The notes under the pieces are model-generated. The model was not told the origin of the DNA, did not search any database, and saw only the letters and a program-made list of their open reading frames with translations. The position numbers were made by a program, and so were the translations under genes. A stretch of 64,000 nucleotides of DNA. It comes from Chiloscyllium plagiosum (lineage: Eukaryota). Of this stretch, positions 48,730-62,369 are shown one piece after another. Location: positions 52,913,709 through 52,977,708 of the forward strand of contig NC_057718.1 of NCBI RefSeq assembly GCF_004010195.1. Reading direction: 5' to 3'. The stretch's first letter is position 1. The number at the start of each line of letters is the position of its first letter.

Positions 48730-51700
48730 TTGTAGCATCTAAAGCATGGATAACTTGGATAATGTCAATGGTAAAATGGATGGGAGTGTTTGGGAAAGGG
48801 AAGTGCAGACTTACAAAACAAGAGGATTTGGCAGCATTGCAAGACAGCTGTTTGGATGACCATATCCAGAGTGGGACAGGATGGGATAGAACATACAAAT
48901 ACAGGGAAAAACATCAATCAATACAGTCAAATGAGTAAAATGTCATCAGTAAGTAAAATTGACTTCATGCGTGTAGTATTTGGAACAAAATAAACACATT
49001 AATTGCACTGATATGGGTTAATGGGTATGATCTTCTAGCCATTATGGATATATGGTTACAAGGAGATCAAAGCTGCGGCCTAACTATTCAGGGGAATGTG
49101 ACTTTTTAAAGGACAGGAGGAAAGAGCGATAGAGTCGCATTATTGGTATGAGGTGGATAAGTAAGAAATGATCTGAGATTGAATGATGTAGAATCCATAT
49201 GGGTGGAGGTAAGCAGTTAAAAGGGGAAGAAAACATTGATAGATGTTGATAAGCAGTAGTTATACGGTGGGGCAAAGAATAGATCAGGAGATAATTCTAA
49301 TAAGGACATGTAAAAAAAAGCAGTATATTAATCATGGGTTGCATTACTCTTCATGTAGATTGGGATGGTCAAATTGATAAAGATAGCCATGATGAAGAAT
49401 TCATAGAGTATATTCAGTACAGTTTTCTAGAGCAATAGATTGTGGGTCCAACAGGGATGAAGCTATTTTGTACAGTCACGAGGTAGGCTTGATAAATGAT
49501 ATCAAAGCAAACAAAAACCCAATGGATCAGTGTCCATAATAAGGTAGAATTTAGTATGAATGGGAGGAACTTGGATCAAAAACAACAAGCTAAGTTTAAT
49601 AAGGCTAATTACACAGTAATGATGGCAGAGCTGGGGCTGGAGTGGTTTGGAAAAGGAGTTCAGCACAAAGACATGGGTGGAACAATGGTAGATATTTAAG
49701 AAGATTATTCATGGCTCACATCAAAGATATATGCCAATGAGGAGTGAGGATTCCAAGAAGGGGTTGATTCAGCAATGGACAACCAAGGAAGTTAAAGATA
49801 GCATCAAAATGAAATTAAAAACCATACAATGTGGCGAAAATTAGTTATAAGTCAAAGGGTTGAGAAAGGTATAAAACGCACCAAAAGACAACCAATGAAA
49901 AGATAGAACATAAACTTTGAAGGTAAACTTGCAAGTAATATCAAGATAGACAGTAAGACCTCCTTTAAATATATAAAAAAAGAAGCAAGATGCCAAAATA
50001 AAAATAGATCCCTTAGAGAATGAGGCTGAGGTAATAATAGTGGGAGCTAGGAAATAGCACAGGAGTTGAATAAATGCTTCTCTTTGTTTTCATTGTAGAA
50101 GACATTCATAGCATTCCAAAATTACTCAATAATCAAGGGGCAAAAGGAGAAAAGGAAATAAATATAATAATGATCATTAAGGAAAAAGTGCCAGGCAATC
50201 TAATGAGGCCAAAGACTAATACGTCCACTGACTCTTAAGAGATGCATCCAAGGATAATCAAGAATGTATCTACATAGATGTGGCTGTACAGGTAATAATC
50301 TTCTAAGAAGGCTTATATACTGGAAATATTTCACTGGATTGGAAAACTGTTTATTTAATATCTTTATTTAAAAAGGGAAGGAAACTAAAAATGGGTAGTA
50401 ATAGACCGCTGAGCTTAGTATTTGTTATTAGACAGATGTTAGAGACTATTATAACATGTGATAGCAGGGCATTTAGAAATACATGGTATGATCAAGTAGA
50501 GTGAGCATGGTTTCATGAAGAGGAAATAATTTCTGGCAAATTTACAAGAATTCTTTGAAAAGGTATGAAGCAGAATAGAGAAAAGGGAAGCAGTGGATGC
50601 AAAGTATTTAGACTTCCAGAAGGTGTTTGATAAGGGATCATACATTTGGCTATTTAATAGGCTCAGAGTCCATTGTGTTTGAAGTAATTTATTACATGGA
50701 TAAAGGATTGGCTAATTAATACAAGACAGTGGGTTGGGATAAGGAGAGAATTTTCAGTTAACAACCAATAATTAGTTGCCTGCCAAAGGGATCAGTGCTG
50801 GGTCCACAATTATTTGCAATATATGTATTAATGAGGAAAATGAACATACTGTAGCCGCACTTGTTGGTGACATGAGAATTGAAAGGAAGGCATGTAGTGA
50901 TAATGACACAGGGGCTTCAGAAGAATATAGATAGATTAAGACAGTGGGAAAATCTTGACAAATGGAAAATACTGTGAGAAAATGTGAGTTTATGGCTTTG
51001 ACATGAAAAATAGAGGAGCTGAGTTTATTTAAATGGAAAAACACTGAAGAAAGCTGCAGTACAAAGGGAATTGTAAGTTCTTATGCATAAATCACAAAAA
51101 AAACTAGGATCCAAGTTCAATGCTTAAAGGGAACTCAATTGGAATCCAACCATTATTTCAAAGGGAATAGAATTTAAAAGTAAAGAGGTTTCACTAAATC
51201 TATACAAGGAACTAGTTAGACTACAGTTAGAGTACTCTGAAGAGTTTGGCCCCTTATCTCAGCAAAGATATACTGGCATTGGAGGTAATCCAGAAAAGGT
51301 TCAAAATTGATACCAATCATACAGGGACTATCCTATATGCTGAGGTTAAGTGGATTGGGCCCATATTTATTAGAATATAGAAGAATGATGGGTGACCATA
51401 TTGAAAGGCACAAGATTTTTAGGAGACTTGAAAGGGCAGATGCAAAAGGATTGTTTCCCCTTGTGGGAGAGTTTAAGACCAAGGGACAAAATCTCAGAGT
51501 AAGGGGTCATGTATTTAAGAGCAATGAGGAGGAATTTCATCTCTCAAATGGTACTGAAACAATGAATTCTTTTCAGCAAAGGACTGTTGAGTTTGGATCA
51601 TTAATTATATTCAAGGCTGCAATAGACAAATGTTTAATCAGTAAGAGGATCAAGTATTGTGGGCAAAAGGCAGGAAAGTGAAGTTGAGGACTGAGGCAGA

Positions 51701-51782
51701 TCAGCCATTACCTCTTGAATAGTACAGCAGACTTGATGGGCTGAAAGGCCGACCACTGATCTTATGTCTTATGGTCTTATTA
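48730..51782 (+). mobile_element. Long, heavily decayed CR1 LINE (endonuclease, RT, 3' end)
   Basis: GYDLLAI..IWL near 49020, DWK.V...LFKKG...RPLSL (50337-50420), LDFQKVFDK and QG/SVLGP motifs. ORF 51307 reads LFPLVGEFKTKGQNL. Tail (tatggtct). Confidence 0.9.
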
Positions 51783-52341
51783 TATACAACTGTGGGAAGC
51801 AGAGTATTCAGGAGAGATTGATGATTAGCTTTTTTCCGTTAATTTTGCTAAATCCATGTGAAAGTGAATGAGCTCAGATGCATGTTTGAATGAAGCAGAT
51901 GTGACTTGCTTAATGCAGTGCTGAAATGCTGACTGATGTGAATAATGTCACCAGCGGCATTTGAAACAGAAATGGTAAGTGCTGTTGTCACCTGCACAGA
52001 CATGTTAGTGCCCCTGGTGAAAAGAACCTGCGAGTCAGGTTTCAACAGCTGGCATATCTGTGTCATGGTGCCAGTGAAAAATGCAGCCTTCTGTTCTTTT
52101 CCTACATTTTCATAGTAACAGTATGCTCAAAAGTACTTAACTGACGACAAAATACCTTGTGACATCCTGACATTGTGAAAGGTACTGAAAGTCTTTTTTC
52201 CTTCCCTTAACACTGACTATAGCTAATATGATACCTTAGATCTTGGTTTATGGATATGAGTCTAGCTTTGCCATTTTGCCTTCTGTTACGCTTGGGTTGT
52301 GGACTATTCCTCCTCCATTTTCCACTCTTCTTCCTCCTCAG

Positions 52342-52500
52342 AGCACACGAAAAGGGAATCTCTGGAGGGAAATATAACACTTCAGTGTGCAGAATTCCCT
52401 GTAGATTCTCAACAGCTTTAAGAGCATTGGTCCATAATTCGATATCAAAACTACTTTCAACTACTGTTGTTATTTTTATGGTGATATTTTATAAGGACAA
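52342..52500 (+). pseudogene. Exon-like remnant resembling a CNBD-channel C-linker
   Basis: Strong polypyrimidine acceptor ...cttcttcctcctcAG (52340-41). AHEKGISGGKYNTSVCRIPCRFSTALRALVHNSISKLLSTTVVIF resembles .KGI......LP..L...I...VH...L..V.IF. Confidence 0.45.
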
Positions 52501-55500
52501 GTGTTTGTTTAAACCTGCTGCTAAATCTTTTTTCAGTCCTTAAATTATGGGGGCAATGGTAAGACAGTTGGAAAAATAAGGTAAGGTTAGAGAAATAAGA
52601 GTCTCAATATTGAGCAAGAACAGTTTGATTTTGCACCCAAGATTTGAATGGTGAGAACCGCACGAGTGAGCAGTGAGAGACCTATTTGCATGCATTTGCA
52701 TTTCATTGTGACTTAATCTTGGCTCAATGAAAGCAGTTTCCTTTTCTCCCAGGCATTGGAGAGAAACTAGATAGTGACAATTTCCAACATGAAAATCTGA
52801 GCTAGATCATTCCCACTTGAAGTTGCTCCACTCAGCTTCCATCATGGACCGCAGTTCCCAACATCTTAGGTTATCCTCCAAGGTCAAGTGACTGGCTGCA
52901 GCCCCATCCATAAAGGGTGAAATCAGACAAGCACAAATACTTTTCAGTTTTATGTTTCATAGAAGTTAAGGCTACAAATGGATGGAAGCCTTCATAATAC
53001 TCAATGCTCTATTATTCAATCATAACAAGGTTTCATGCTAACATGGACTCTATGGGAAAGATTACTATTGATTAGACAAGTTGTATATATACCATGTATT
53101 TATATACCCTATGTAGCATTCTACAGATAGCTGGCTTGCTAAGTCAGCTTTCCTAGTGCCCCGACAAGCCTGTCTGCTGCTCCTGCACTTGCTTGGATAG
53201 TTGGATGAATTTATAAATGGCCAGCACAATAGTACTCCTCTCTTGCTGGGCTTGGCATGTGTCTTGCTTCTGGCAGTTCTCTGAGTGCCAATGATTTGGG
53301 CATTTCTTTCTCACCCATTTGCAGAAGGTGGTAGTGATGGGCTCCTGACTGAGTTTGAACTAACTTATCCACCAAGGTGTTGGTATGTCCTGTAAGAGAT
53401 TTGTGGCTTCTTACCCATGGGTGGCAAAGGAGATGGTTTTTTGAGTGGCTGGTCTCTTCATAAATGATACCATTGTGCTACAGGGGACAAGACAGAGAAT
53501 AGTTTGCGTAATAATGGTAGCAGTTTGAGCATGTTAAGATCACATTCACACTGGATCATAAAGGGCAAACAACACAGCATTTGAGAATGATTTTTACTTG
53601 GTTGCTTGCCTTGAAGGCCTCGATACCGCCATTATCACTATTCTCTCATGTTAGGGCAATGATTCTCTCTGCTTAGAGGTTGAGGAGATGATGTTGGGCA
53701 CCCCACCATTCTTTTTGGCTCTTTCTGCTCTATTACAGGCTATTTTCTCCTGCAATGAGACTAAGGAATGGATGGAATAAGATGAAAGTGGCTAGCACTG
53801 TTCTTAGTACTAGTGCAGATGGAGGAAAGGTGGTGATGTGTACTAAGTGAGTCATAAGGCAGTGCCAAGGGCATGCAGCATTCATAGCCTGATGGTTTAG
53901 AATGGGTAGAATCGAGTAAGGGAAACTCTGCAAGGCTTCACTAGTAAGAACACAACAGTGCGAGCAGGGCACTGTTGGGGTGAGCAGTGTAAAATTGTGT
54001 GAGAAACATTACTAGGTCTCACGGAGAGAAACCCAACATGAACCTCCCCGAAATTGACACTTAGCTAATTGTTTGTAAAATTCTCCCCGTGAAATCTAAG
54101 AGTTGCTGTTCTTGCAGCATTAGCAACACGATGACTATATCTTTCAGTTGATATCATCATTAAAGGTATGCAGTTGTGTGATAGGTAGAAACTAAACTCA
54201 GCACAGAAATATGTGCAATTCAGTCCAAGTACCCAATTAATTTGGCAGTTTTTGTAAATTTAATTACTAGCAAAGATAAAACCTTTCTGGAACTGAAAAT
54301 TACCTTTTTGTTTAAAATTGCAATTGTTATTGGCTATTTAGAAGCATAAAACCAAAGAAGTAGCCTAACTTTACTTTTTCCTTTTCATTTCTCTTCCCTC
54401 TCTCACTTCATTTAATCTGCTTTTTGTCTCTTCATTTCTCTTTCTATATCTGAGCTGACATTGAATTTACCACCTAAACTTATATTTAATCTTCAGCCCT
54501 TATACAGTTGATTTCATGATTTTCAAACTGACAGGTTAAAGAGACACACTGATGTTTGTCTTATTCACTCAGGCCCCAATGTTATGAGCCGTGATATAAT
54601 CAGCTTCCACTTTCAACAAGTTGTGCTGCAAAATAGCACTGCTATTAAACATGCAAAGGTCAATCAAACTAAAGGTGGACAATGTTCAGTACAGTGCTGC
54701 AGCAAGATTATTGGTTAGTTTGTGCCTTTAAATGCTGAGACATAACAGTTTCAAATAGGGGAAATGACCCTTAGCCTAATCAATGTTGCAATATTGCTTT
54801 CCTCTGTGGTCTTCAATCTTCCTGACCTCTTCTCACTGTAGGAGGAGACTATATTGACTCAGCCCTAACAACTTTATATTGGTTTTGCCAACTGGGGTCA
54901 AAATACCAATGGCGATGCAATGTAAGCCCTGGATAAATGGGTAATTAAGAATATGCAAAAATTGCTGTCCTAGTTGTGTATTCTGCTATGGCTTCACAAA
55001 AACGTGCCTCACCCTGAGTTCTGTTGTGATGATCTTGTTGCACTTATCCACTAAAATAATTGCAGAAAGTTGAATCATGTAATACAAGCACCAATGTTCC
55101 TTTATTTGCTTTATAAGTGTAAAGGCTGCTAAACCAACCTTTCTAGCACTTTTTCCAGTTTGATTTTGAAAAGATTTTCAGAATGTGCAATTTATATTTA
55201 CCTTATTATGATTATTTGTCAATATTCTCTATAAAAACTGATGGATTAGGACTTGGTGAGAGGTCAGTATTTTTGAATCCTCGAACTAATCCTACGCTGA
55301 CTCCAACCTACTCACACATAGGATTAATGGAAGCAGGATAAGAAGTGAGCAAACAGAAGACACATCAGCAATTTAAATGTTTCATGAGGCTAATATTCTC
55401 AGACACCTCCTGGTTTACAGGTTTAAATCTGGTTAGGTGAGTTTTTCATGCTTCTGCAACACTATCATATCCAGAAAGGCAACAACAGCTTTAGGAAGAG

Positions 55501-57599
55501 GCTAAACATCTTTACAGGACTACTTGTGGTGTAGGAGGAGCACAGGTATTTCCCTAAAGCTAAGCTTGCTTCTCTCATAGCTTCTGATGACATCAGGCCA
55601 TTTCTGAATGCGGAATCTCCAATTGAAGATTACCCACACGATGGAGTTAAAATTCCATAGCACACTGATCAAACGTCCTATACCTCTCACCAAAACTGGC
55701 CTTATCAATTGTCATACATTCTTTTCGACCTGATTGGGCAGAATTTGGGGTTGAAAGTCAATCCTGGACCATGGTCAAATGAAGAACTGCACTCCGTGGG
55801 AAACAGTCAGCAATCATCAAATTTCCTTGAGTTGACCAATTACTGATGAGAGTGCAGATATACAATTCAATCAAGAGTGGTAGTTGGGCTGTCTAAGCTG
55901 AAGGGCCAATAAGGAGGATCTGCAGACTGTAGTTCAATTAAGAGAGAGTGAGGAAGCATCGAACATTTTCTGTAACTTCAAAAGTGTTAAAATCTCAAAT
56001 GGTCAGTTACAGCTGTGGTCAGGTAAGTGGGAAGGGTATCAAACTCTGCACTGAGGGTGAGCAGACCACCCTTCCATTCCTCATGACTGCTGTCGGGCAG
56101 CTCACATTGGACCCACATCTGAGTTGAGGCAACTCCAAACCCAAGTGAAAAATTCAATTGAGCCTCTGACAATGGGTTTTAATGAGCCGTAACTCCATTT
56201 AATTTGCTGCATATAGGGATGGTCTCAGACCCTAACTGACCTTTGGGAAAATGATCCAGGCATAGGAGATGCTGGAAAACTGGCACATGAGCTGGCTGTG
56301 CAAGCTACCGCTGCCATTCCCATTCATGGTTAAAAATAATGCCATTTTATTCTTTCTTTTCTTTCTGCCTTTTTATTTCCCCTTCTGTACTTGATTACCC
56401 TTTGAGTTTAATTTCACCCTCCTTCTCAGCCCCTGTATTGTTTATTTGCCAGTCCTTAAATCAGATTTGTTAAGGAGATGCATTATTGCTTGTTTTGTTG
56501 TCCTGACACAGCTGCTCTGTTTAACTTGTCATACTATAATCAGCTTCACTTTCAACATCTTTGTGGGCAAAATGTTTTGAGTGGAAGGATGAAAAGGGAT
56601 TTATGGGAGATTAATGGGAGATGTCCCACATTGTCGCAGATTCAAGTACAAATTTTTTTAGCATTGTTTTCTTTCACAAACTTTTAGCTTCGTTTAATTG
56701 GTCGTGTAAAAGCTGTCTGCATTCATCAAACAACCAATGATAATAAATCAGTGTATAACTGCTGGAATCTTTGATTTTGCAATGACTAAATGTAAATTCG
56801 TAACAAGATGATCAATGAACAGATTAGCATTTATAATATTGCAAATGTGGACACGCACTGCTAAATTATGCACTTGATAAAAAATTACTGTGATTATTAT
56901 ACCCTCATTATAGTCCTGAAATTACTCTAATTATCTAAATTGTTCACTCTGTAGGTAAGTCGCCTATTTTCTGCTCATTATGATTAGAATGACAGCATAA
57001 CTGAATGAATACTGCTAGCATCAAATATCTTGAATCAACCACTTTAGTTCAAGCATAACAGAGGTGAGCTTCACTGCATCACCCTATTTACATTATATTT
57101 AACCTGCTATACATTTACCTCATTCTGAAAGTAGTTCTGATGTCAATGTGACACTGTCCAATTGACAGAGAATCTATCCTTTTTGAGTGAGACAGGAACT
57201 TTAATAAAAGCTGTTGCCTGTTATTGAATTCTGCTGGGAACTGTGCCAAACTTGTCCACACTTATTTTACACGTAGCTATTAAAATCAGGAGTGAGAATA
57301 AATTACAACTCCACACATCTTGTGTCAGATTCCATCTCCAGTGAGGAAAAGGGTCAACTTTAACAGTTACTGCCACTGGTTAATGAGCAATCTTGCACTT
57401 CACTTGGTCCACTAATTTCAGTTGAAATAAAATCAGGTAGTATAAATAAATGTTTGACTCACTGCACACCCAATCTAAGCCAAATGACTGGTCCATTGCC
57501 ACACAAGGCCTTTCTCTCCTCCTGCTCAGTGGTGATGTGATGCCAACTGGGCGCTCTACATTCTATTCCAGTTTGTAGCCCCACTATATTAAGTGTGTC

Positions 57600-58330
57600 T
57601 GTGCGGGTGGATGGAGTGGAACTAGCATGCAACCATATTTGCCCTGGGAATTCTCAACCTACTGAGGAAGCCCTTTACATGGCTGCAGGCATTGGGAGAC
57701 ACTAGACCTAAAAGGTACATTTGCGATTTCAGACAATCCAGAAGTGCACCAGCACAGCCGAGTGGATAGATGAAAGTTTGTTTTGAGTAAGAGTCTCCTC
57801 CAAGCCCTTCCCTAAGAATAGAGCTGGTATGTGATGCCACCTCTCTAGGCTTCTGCCATGATGGTACCCATGCTACCTCCATTGCCAAGATTTGGTGCAG
57901 TTTTGGCTCTCTGCCTCTTGTGTGTAATAACTTCTGGCTATTGTGTATTCACCTCTCCTGCAGCATTCTGTTCTCCTTGAACTCTCCAATTCATGACATT
58001 GACATGAAACGTGTAGCTCTTTGGTGCTGCTCCATTTTTATTTTCACCCATGTATTGCCTTGGCTAACATGTCAGTGATTAGATTGTCTTGATGACATCA
58101 GGGAACACCGTGGGCACACAGTTTGCTAAGATTGTGCGACTGATGGTGTGCACAGGGTTGGACCCTGTCATCCAAGTGCCAAATGACGTTCCCAGATCTT
58201 ATGAGGTCATTGAAATGTTCACTGGACTGCACCAATGTCCCTTTGATCCTGCCATGAGTGATCACCTCCTCCGTCACTTCCAGATGTGACCTTTAGACTC
58301 CTTAGGGATGTTTCTCAGCCAGAGACTAAG
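57600..58330 (-). mobile_element. Probable decayed PIF/Harbinger transposase remnant
   Basis: Motifs in expected order on the minus strand: TGS (about 58160), AI(H/D)G (about 58050), then ORF 57622-57888 SHTSSILREGLGGDSYS...CLKSQ...MVAC, resembling HDS.IL...GD.GY...LK.RF...AC. Confidence 0.4.
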
Positions 58331-60777
58331 AACATCTGCAGTATCTTGGCCACAATCTCAGAGAGGACATCCAGAAAGATAGACAATATATGGGGCCACC
58401 TGTGCTGTCTGACCCTGGCAGTGCCAGTCCAACCCATTCTTCACTGTTATTAGCATGCTGAGTCATGGTTGCTGTCTGTATATTCAAAGGGCCCTTAGTG
58501 ACTGCGATTGCCATCAGAATGCTTTCTGTGCTACCAATTGGGACCCAAAAATGCAACTGAATCAATTTGCTTTTCCATTAGAAAACTGAGTCATGCTGAT
58601 TCAGCACACTGTCTGATTCTGGCATTGACCTGGTAGCCACTTCAGCTGACCCTGAATTGAAAATCTTCACTCAGAACTGTAAGGTTAGAATCATCCAATT
58701 ATAAATCCCTGCTTGGCAGAATGTTGTGCAGAAAGAATGCTTGAATCTTTATCGGTGTGCCATAAAACAGTGACCCCAGATGTTAAAGATGAAAATTCAC
58801 CTGTTGCTTAGTTTATGTCGATATAATGATATTGTTGGTCTCACTAGGTAGCCATTTATTTTTAGTTCATTTTTCTGCAAGCTTATTTATGAACAAACAG
58901 TTGGGGGTAGAAGTCCCACTCTAGGGAATAGTACACAGAATGTAGATTGGTGCTGCAGTTCTGTACTGAGGGAATACTGCGCTGTTGGATGTACTGTCTG
59001 TTGGATGGTATGGTAAACCGATCACTGCTGCAATCTCGGCTTCATATTAAATACACTCCATGGGTATTTGAGACATCCTTGTGAGTGGTGCCATGTCTTG
59101 ATTTTAATAAAAGCTCAGATTAGTAATTGTGCTGCAGACTAAGGTTCAGGGAATGTTCTTGAGGCATATGGCAGTGTGTGACCGGGTAAGAGTTCTGTCT
59201 GCTCTTTTGGTCAGTCACACTCCCAAAAATGAGGTAATGTAAGTGTTTAATGTACTTGCCTGCTGACGGGGCTGAAGTCAGAGTCACACCCTATTGCTCC
59301 AGGGGACTTATGGGGCTGCAGATAGAAAAGAGAAGTAAAAAAAAATCCCCAGCAGGGAAAAAAGGGGCAGAAATTTTAAAATAACCAGTCTCTTTGGGAT
59401 CAATTACCTTGTGTTTTTTTTCATTCTATGGGGACCTCTAAAGTCCCAAATGCAATTCAGATCTGCAAGTGACAGGTGTTGGATCCACATGATCTAGCTG
59501 CGGTGATCTGAATGGAATTTTGGGGTCGCCTCTCACAAACATAGCCTCAGGATCAACCCAGCGTGTGAGATGCTGTATGAGTATCCATCTGTCTATCTGA
59601 TCCCTACATGTGGAATGTACAGGATTGAAGACCAACAACACCAGCTTGTGTTGGTATCATCTTCCCCAAACATCCTGCACCCGCACACCCCCCACCCTAG
59701 AATTAGGCCAGAATTCTATTTCTTAATCAAAACGCTTACCCATGATTATTTAAAATCACTTTTTTGTGATAATATCTTAAAGGCTTACTTCACTGGTGGT
59801 AAACCTCACCTTCTGCTATTTTCATAGAGTTAATAATCCATCAAAATACATGCTAACTAAAACACAGTTTGTCGAGGTTATGTGATTGATGTCAGGTACA
59901 GAGTTGGAGCCTGTCACCCCAGATGCTAAATGACATTTACCTTTTGAGGTCGTTGAAATGGTCACTGGACTGCACCCATGTTCCTTTGGTGCTGCCATGA
60001 CTGATCACCTCAGTGGAGACAAGAATTTAATGTGAGTGTGTTGATTGGAATTTGCCAGCACTCTAAGGGTCCCACTACAGGGTGCAAATACAGATGCCAT
60101 GCCCAGCTTGATGATTTCTGCAATGGTGGACTATAAAGGCGACAACAGAATTGTCGCATTGCTATCTCTAGAAACTGCCAATTCAATCAACTTTCACAGT
60201 TGCTAAGGTGCAAGGAGAAACACCAGTCTGACATGCTCACTGAATCACACCTTACAGACAATATCCCAAATACCAAATGTTCTGTCCTTCCTCACAGGAC
60301 AAAATCACGACAGCTGGCAGCACAGTAGTATCATGAAGGGAGGGAACTGCTGCGTGAGTTTGCAACACTGATTCTGAATCCTGTGAAGTCACATGACATT
60401 AACAAGCAGACCTAGAAACAGAGAGACCACGCCCCAAATCCTGGTCACTGAGGAAGAGGAGGTGACCAGGGATGAATTAAGGAGTTGGTTTGAACTAAAA
60501 CTAACTTTGCATTCACCTCTGAGCTGGCCTCAGTAGAATACATGTTATTAGAACCCACGCTGATTTAAAACCTCCCATGAGCAGCTATTGAAACCTCATA
60601 GAATGGAAAACTAAGGTATAAGTTTTATTGCCTTTAACTGAGTTAATTGTAAAGGTGACCCTGATTGATATCTTCAGAAAGTCAACTAAGAAACCATTAC
60701 CTATGCCTGTGGAACGACACATCATGAAAGCCAGTTCAGTAATTTGACCAGTTTTGTTATCTTATGTATCCCTTAAC

Positions 60778-60965
60778 TGATTTGATTTAATTGATTTATT
60801 TGTTTTGATTTATTTGATTTATTTATTGTCACATGTACCTTGTTACAAAATACAGTGAAGACTGTCGAATAGTGTTGCCACTCTCGGGCGCCATTGTAAA
60901 ACACAGAAAAATAAATCAAAACATAGAACATAAAGGCAGAAAAATGAAGAAATAAAGGAATTGTT
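60778..60965 (-). mobile_element. 3' end of a Rex/Babar-tailed repeat with (TCAAA)-type tail
   Basis: Homologous to 10190-10335. (gattt)n tail at 60778-60825. Confidence 0.6.
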
Positions 60966-61416
60966 CAACTTTACAGTCCATCTTGTTAAATGTTCCATCT
61001 TAGGCCACAGGCTTGGTAGCCAGGCCCAAGTGTCCTTTGCTGCCGCTGCTGCTGCCAGAATAAAAGTCATCAACCTTCGGCAACATCATACCCCAGCGTC
61101 CTAACCGGTGTCATCTTAGTTACACACTTTATTACAAAACTGGAATAAAAAGATCAGCGGAAATAAAAGAAACAAGGCCAAAAGAAATGAGAAATGTCCA
61201 GGTATTAAAGTTTTATTTTAGTCTTATCTCCATGCAGGCAGCCAGGCCAAGCCAAAGTCTGGTGCCTCGGGAGAAGATGAATGCTCACCACTGCTGATGC
61301 TACTGCCTCCGAGCTCCTCCTACTACCGCCACTATCAATACTTTAACTACTGGTGCTGCAACCGCATCCTGAAATATGCTCAGGCAGGGCCCACTCGCAG
61401 TCTTCAAATGCCAGGT

Positions 61417-62017
61417 CCAGGAACATGCTCAGACAGGGCCCGCTCACAGCTTCCATCGCCTGGAACATGCTCAGACAGGGCCCGCTCACAGCCTCCAATC
61501 GCCTGGAATATGCTCAGACAGGGCCCGTTCACAGCCTCCAATCACCTGGAACATGCTCAGACAGGGCCGGCTCACAGCCTCCAATCGCCTGGAACATGCT
61601 CAGACAGGGCCCGCTCACAGCCTCCGATCGCCTGGAACATGCTCAGACAGGGCCGGCTCACAGCCTCCAATCGCCTGGAACATGCTCAGACAGGGCCCGT
61701 TCACAGCCTCCAATCGCCTGGAACATGCTCAGACAGGGCCCGCTCACAGCCTCCGATCGCCTGGAACATGCTCAGACAGGGCCGGCTCACAGCCTCCAAT
61801 CGCCTGGAACATGCTCAGACAGGGCCCGCTCACAGCCTCCAATCGCCTGGATCATGCTCAGACAGGGCCCGTTCACAGCCTCCGATCACCTGGAACATGC
61901 TCAGACAGGGCCCGCTCACAGCCTCCAATCGCCTGGATCATGCTCAGACAGGGCCCGTTCACAGCCTCCGATCACCTGGAACATGCTCAGACAGGGCCCG
62001 CTCACAGCCTCCAATCG
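61417..62017. repeat. GC-rich minisatellite, 43-bp unit, 14 copies
   Basis: Unit cctggaacatgctcagacagggcccgctcacagcctccaatcg. One 42-bp copy at 61417, then 13 copies every 43 bp from 61459. Degenerate copies at about 61368 and 62024. Confidence 0.97.
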
Positions 62018-62369
62018 CCGGATGCTGGAACATGTTCGGGCAGGGCACGCCACCAATGCCTTGCTGAAGCAGAAGACTTGAAACAAAAGGGAAAAGAAAG
62101 AACAAGCCAAAGTGAAAAGAAAGGCAATAAAAGAAATAAAAGGAGATGGAAGCAAATGAGTTCAGGAGTCTGGACGCAGTGCTGTTACTCCACCACCATA
62201 TTGTTCCACTGTGCTTATTTGCATGCTTGTGCAAATGGGCCTGAAAGAAAGGTTTGGGTTTTGTAGCATAGATCAATTAGATAATGTTTTTACTCTAAGG
62301 TTTGCTCTTCTAAAGTTACCCTATTGTTAGGCTGCATTTGATGACACTGACACCACACAGCACTTTGAA

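Noticed and set aside
61417..62017. CRISPR-like array
   Set aside because: Units are contiguous with no unique spacers, and the context is eukaryotic.
61297..62266. Three long overlapping ORFs (242-296 aa) as a protein gene
   Set aside because: They arise because the 43-bp repeat unit lacks stop codons. All frames give permutations of the same peptide and no domain is recognisable.
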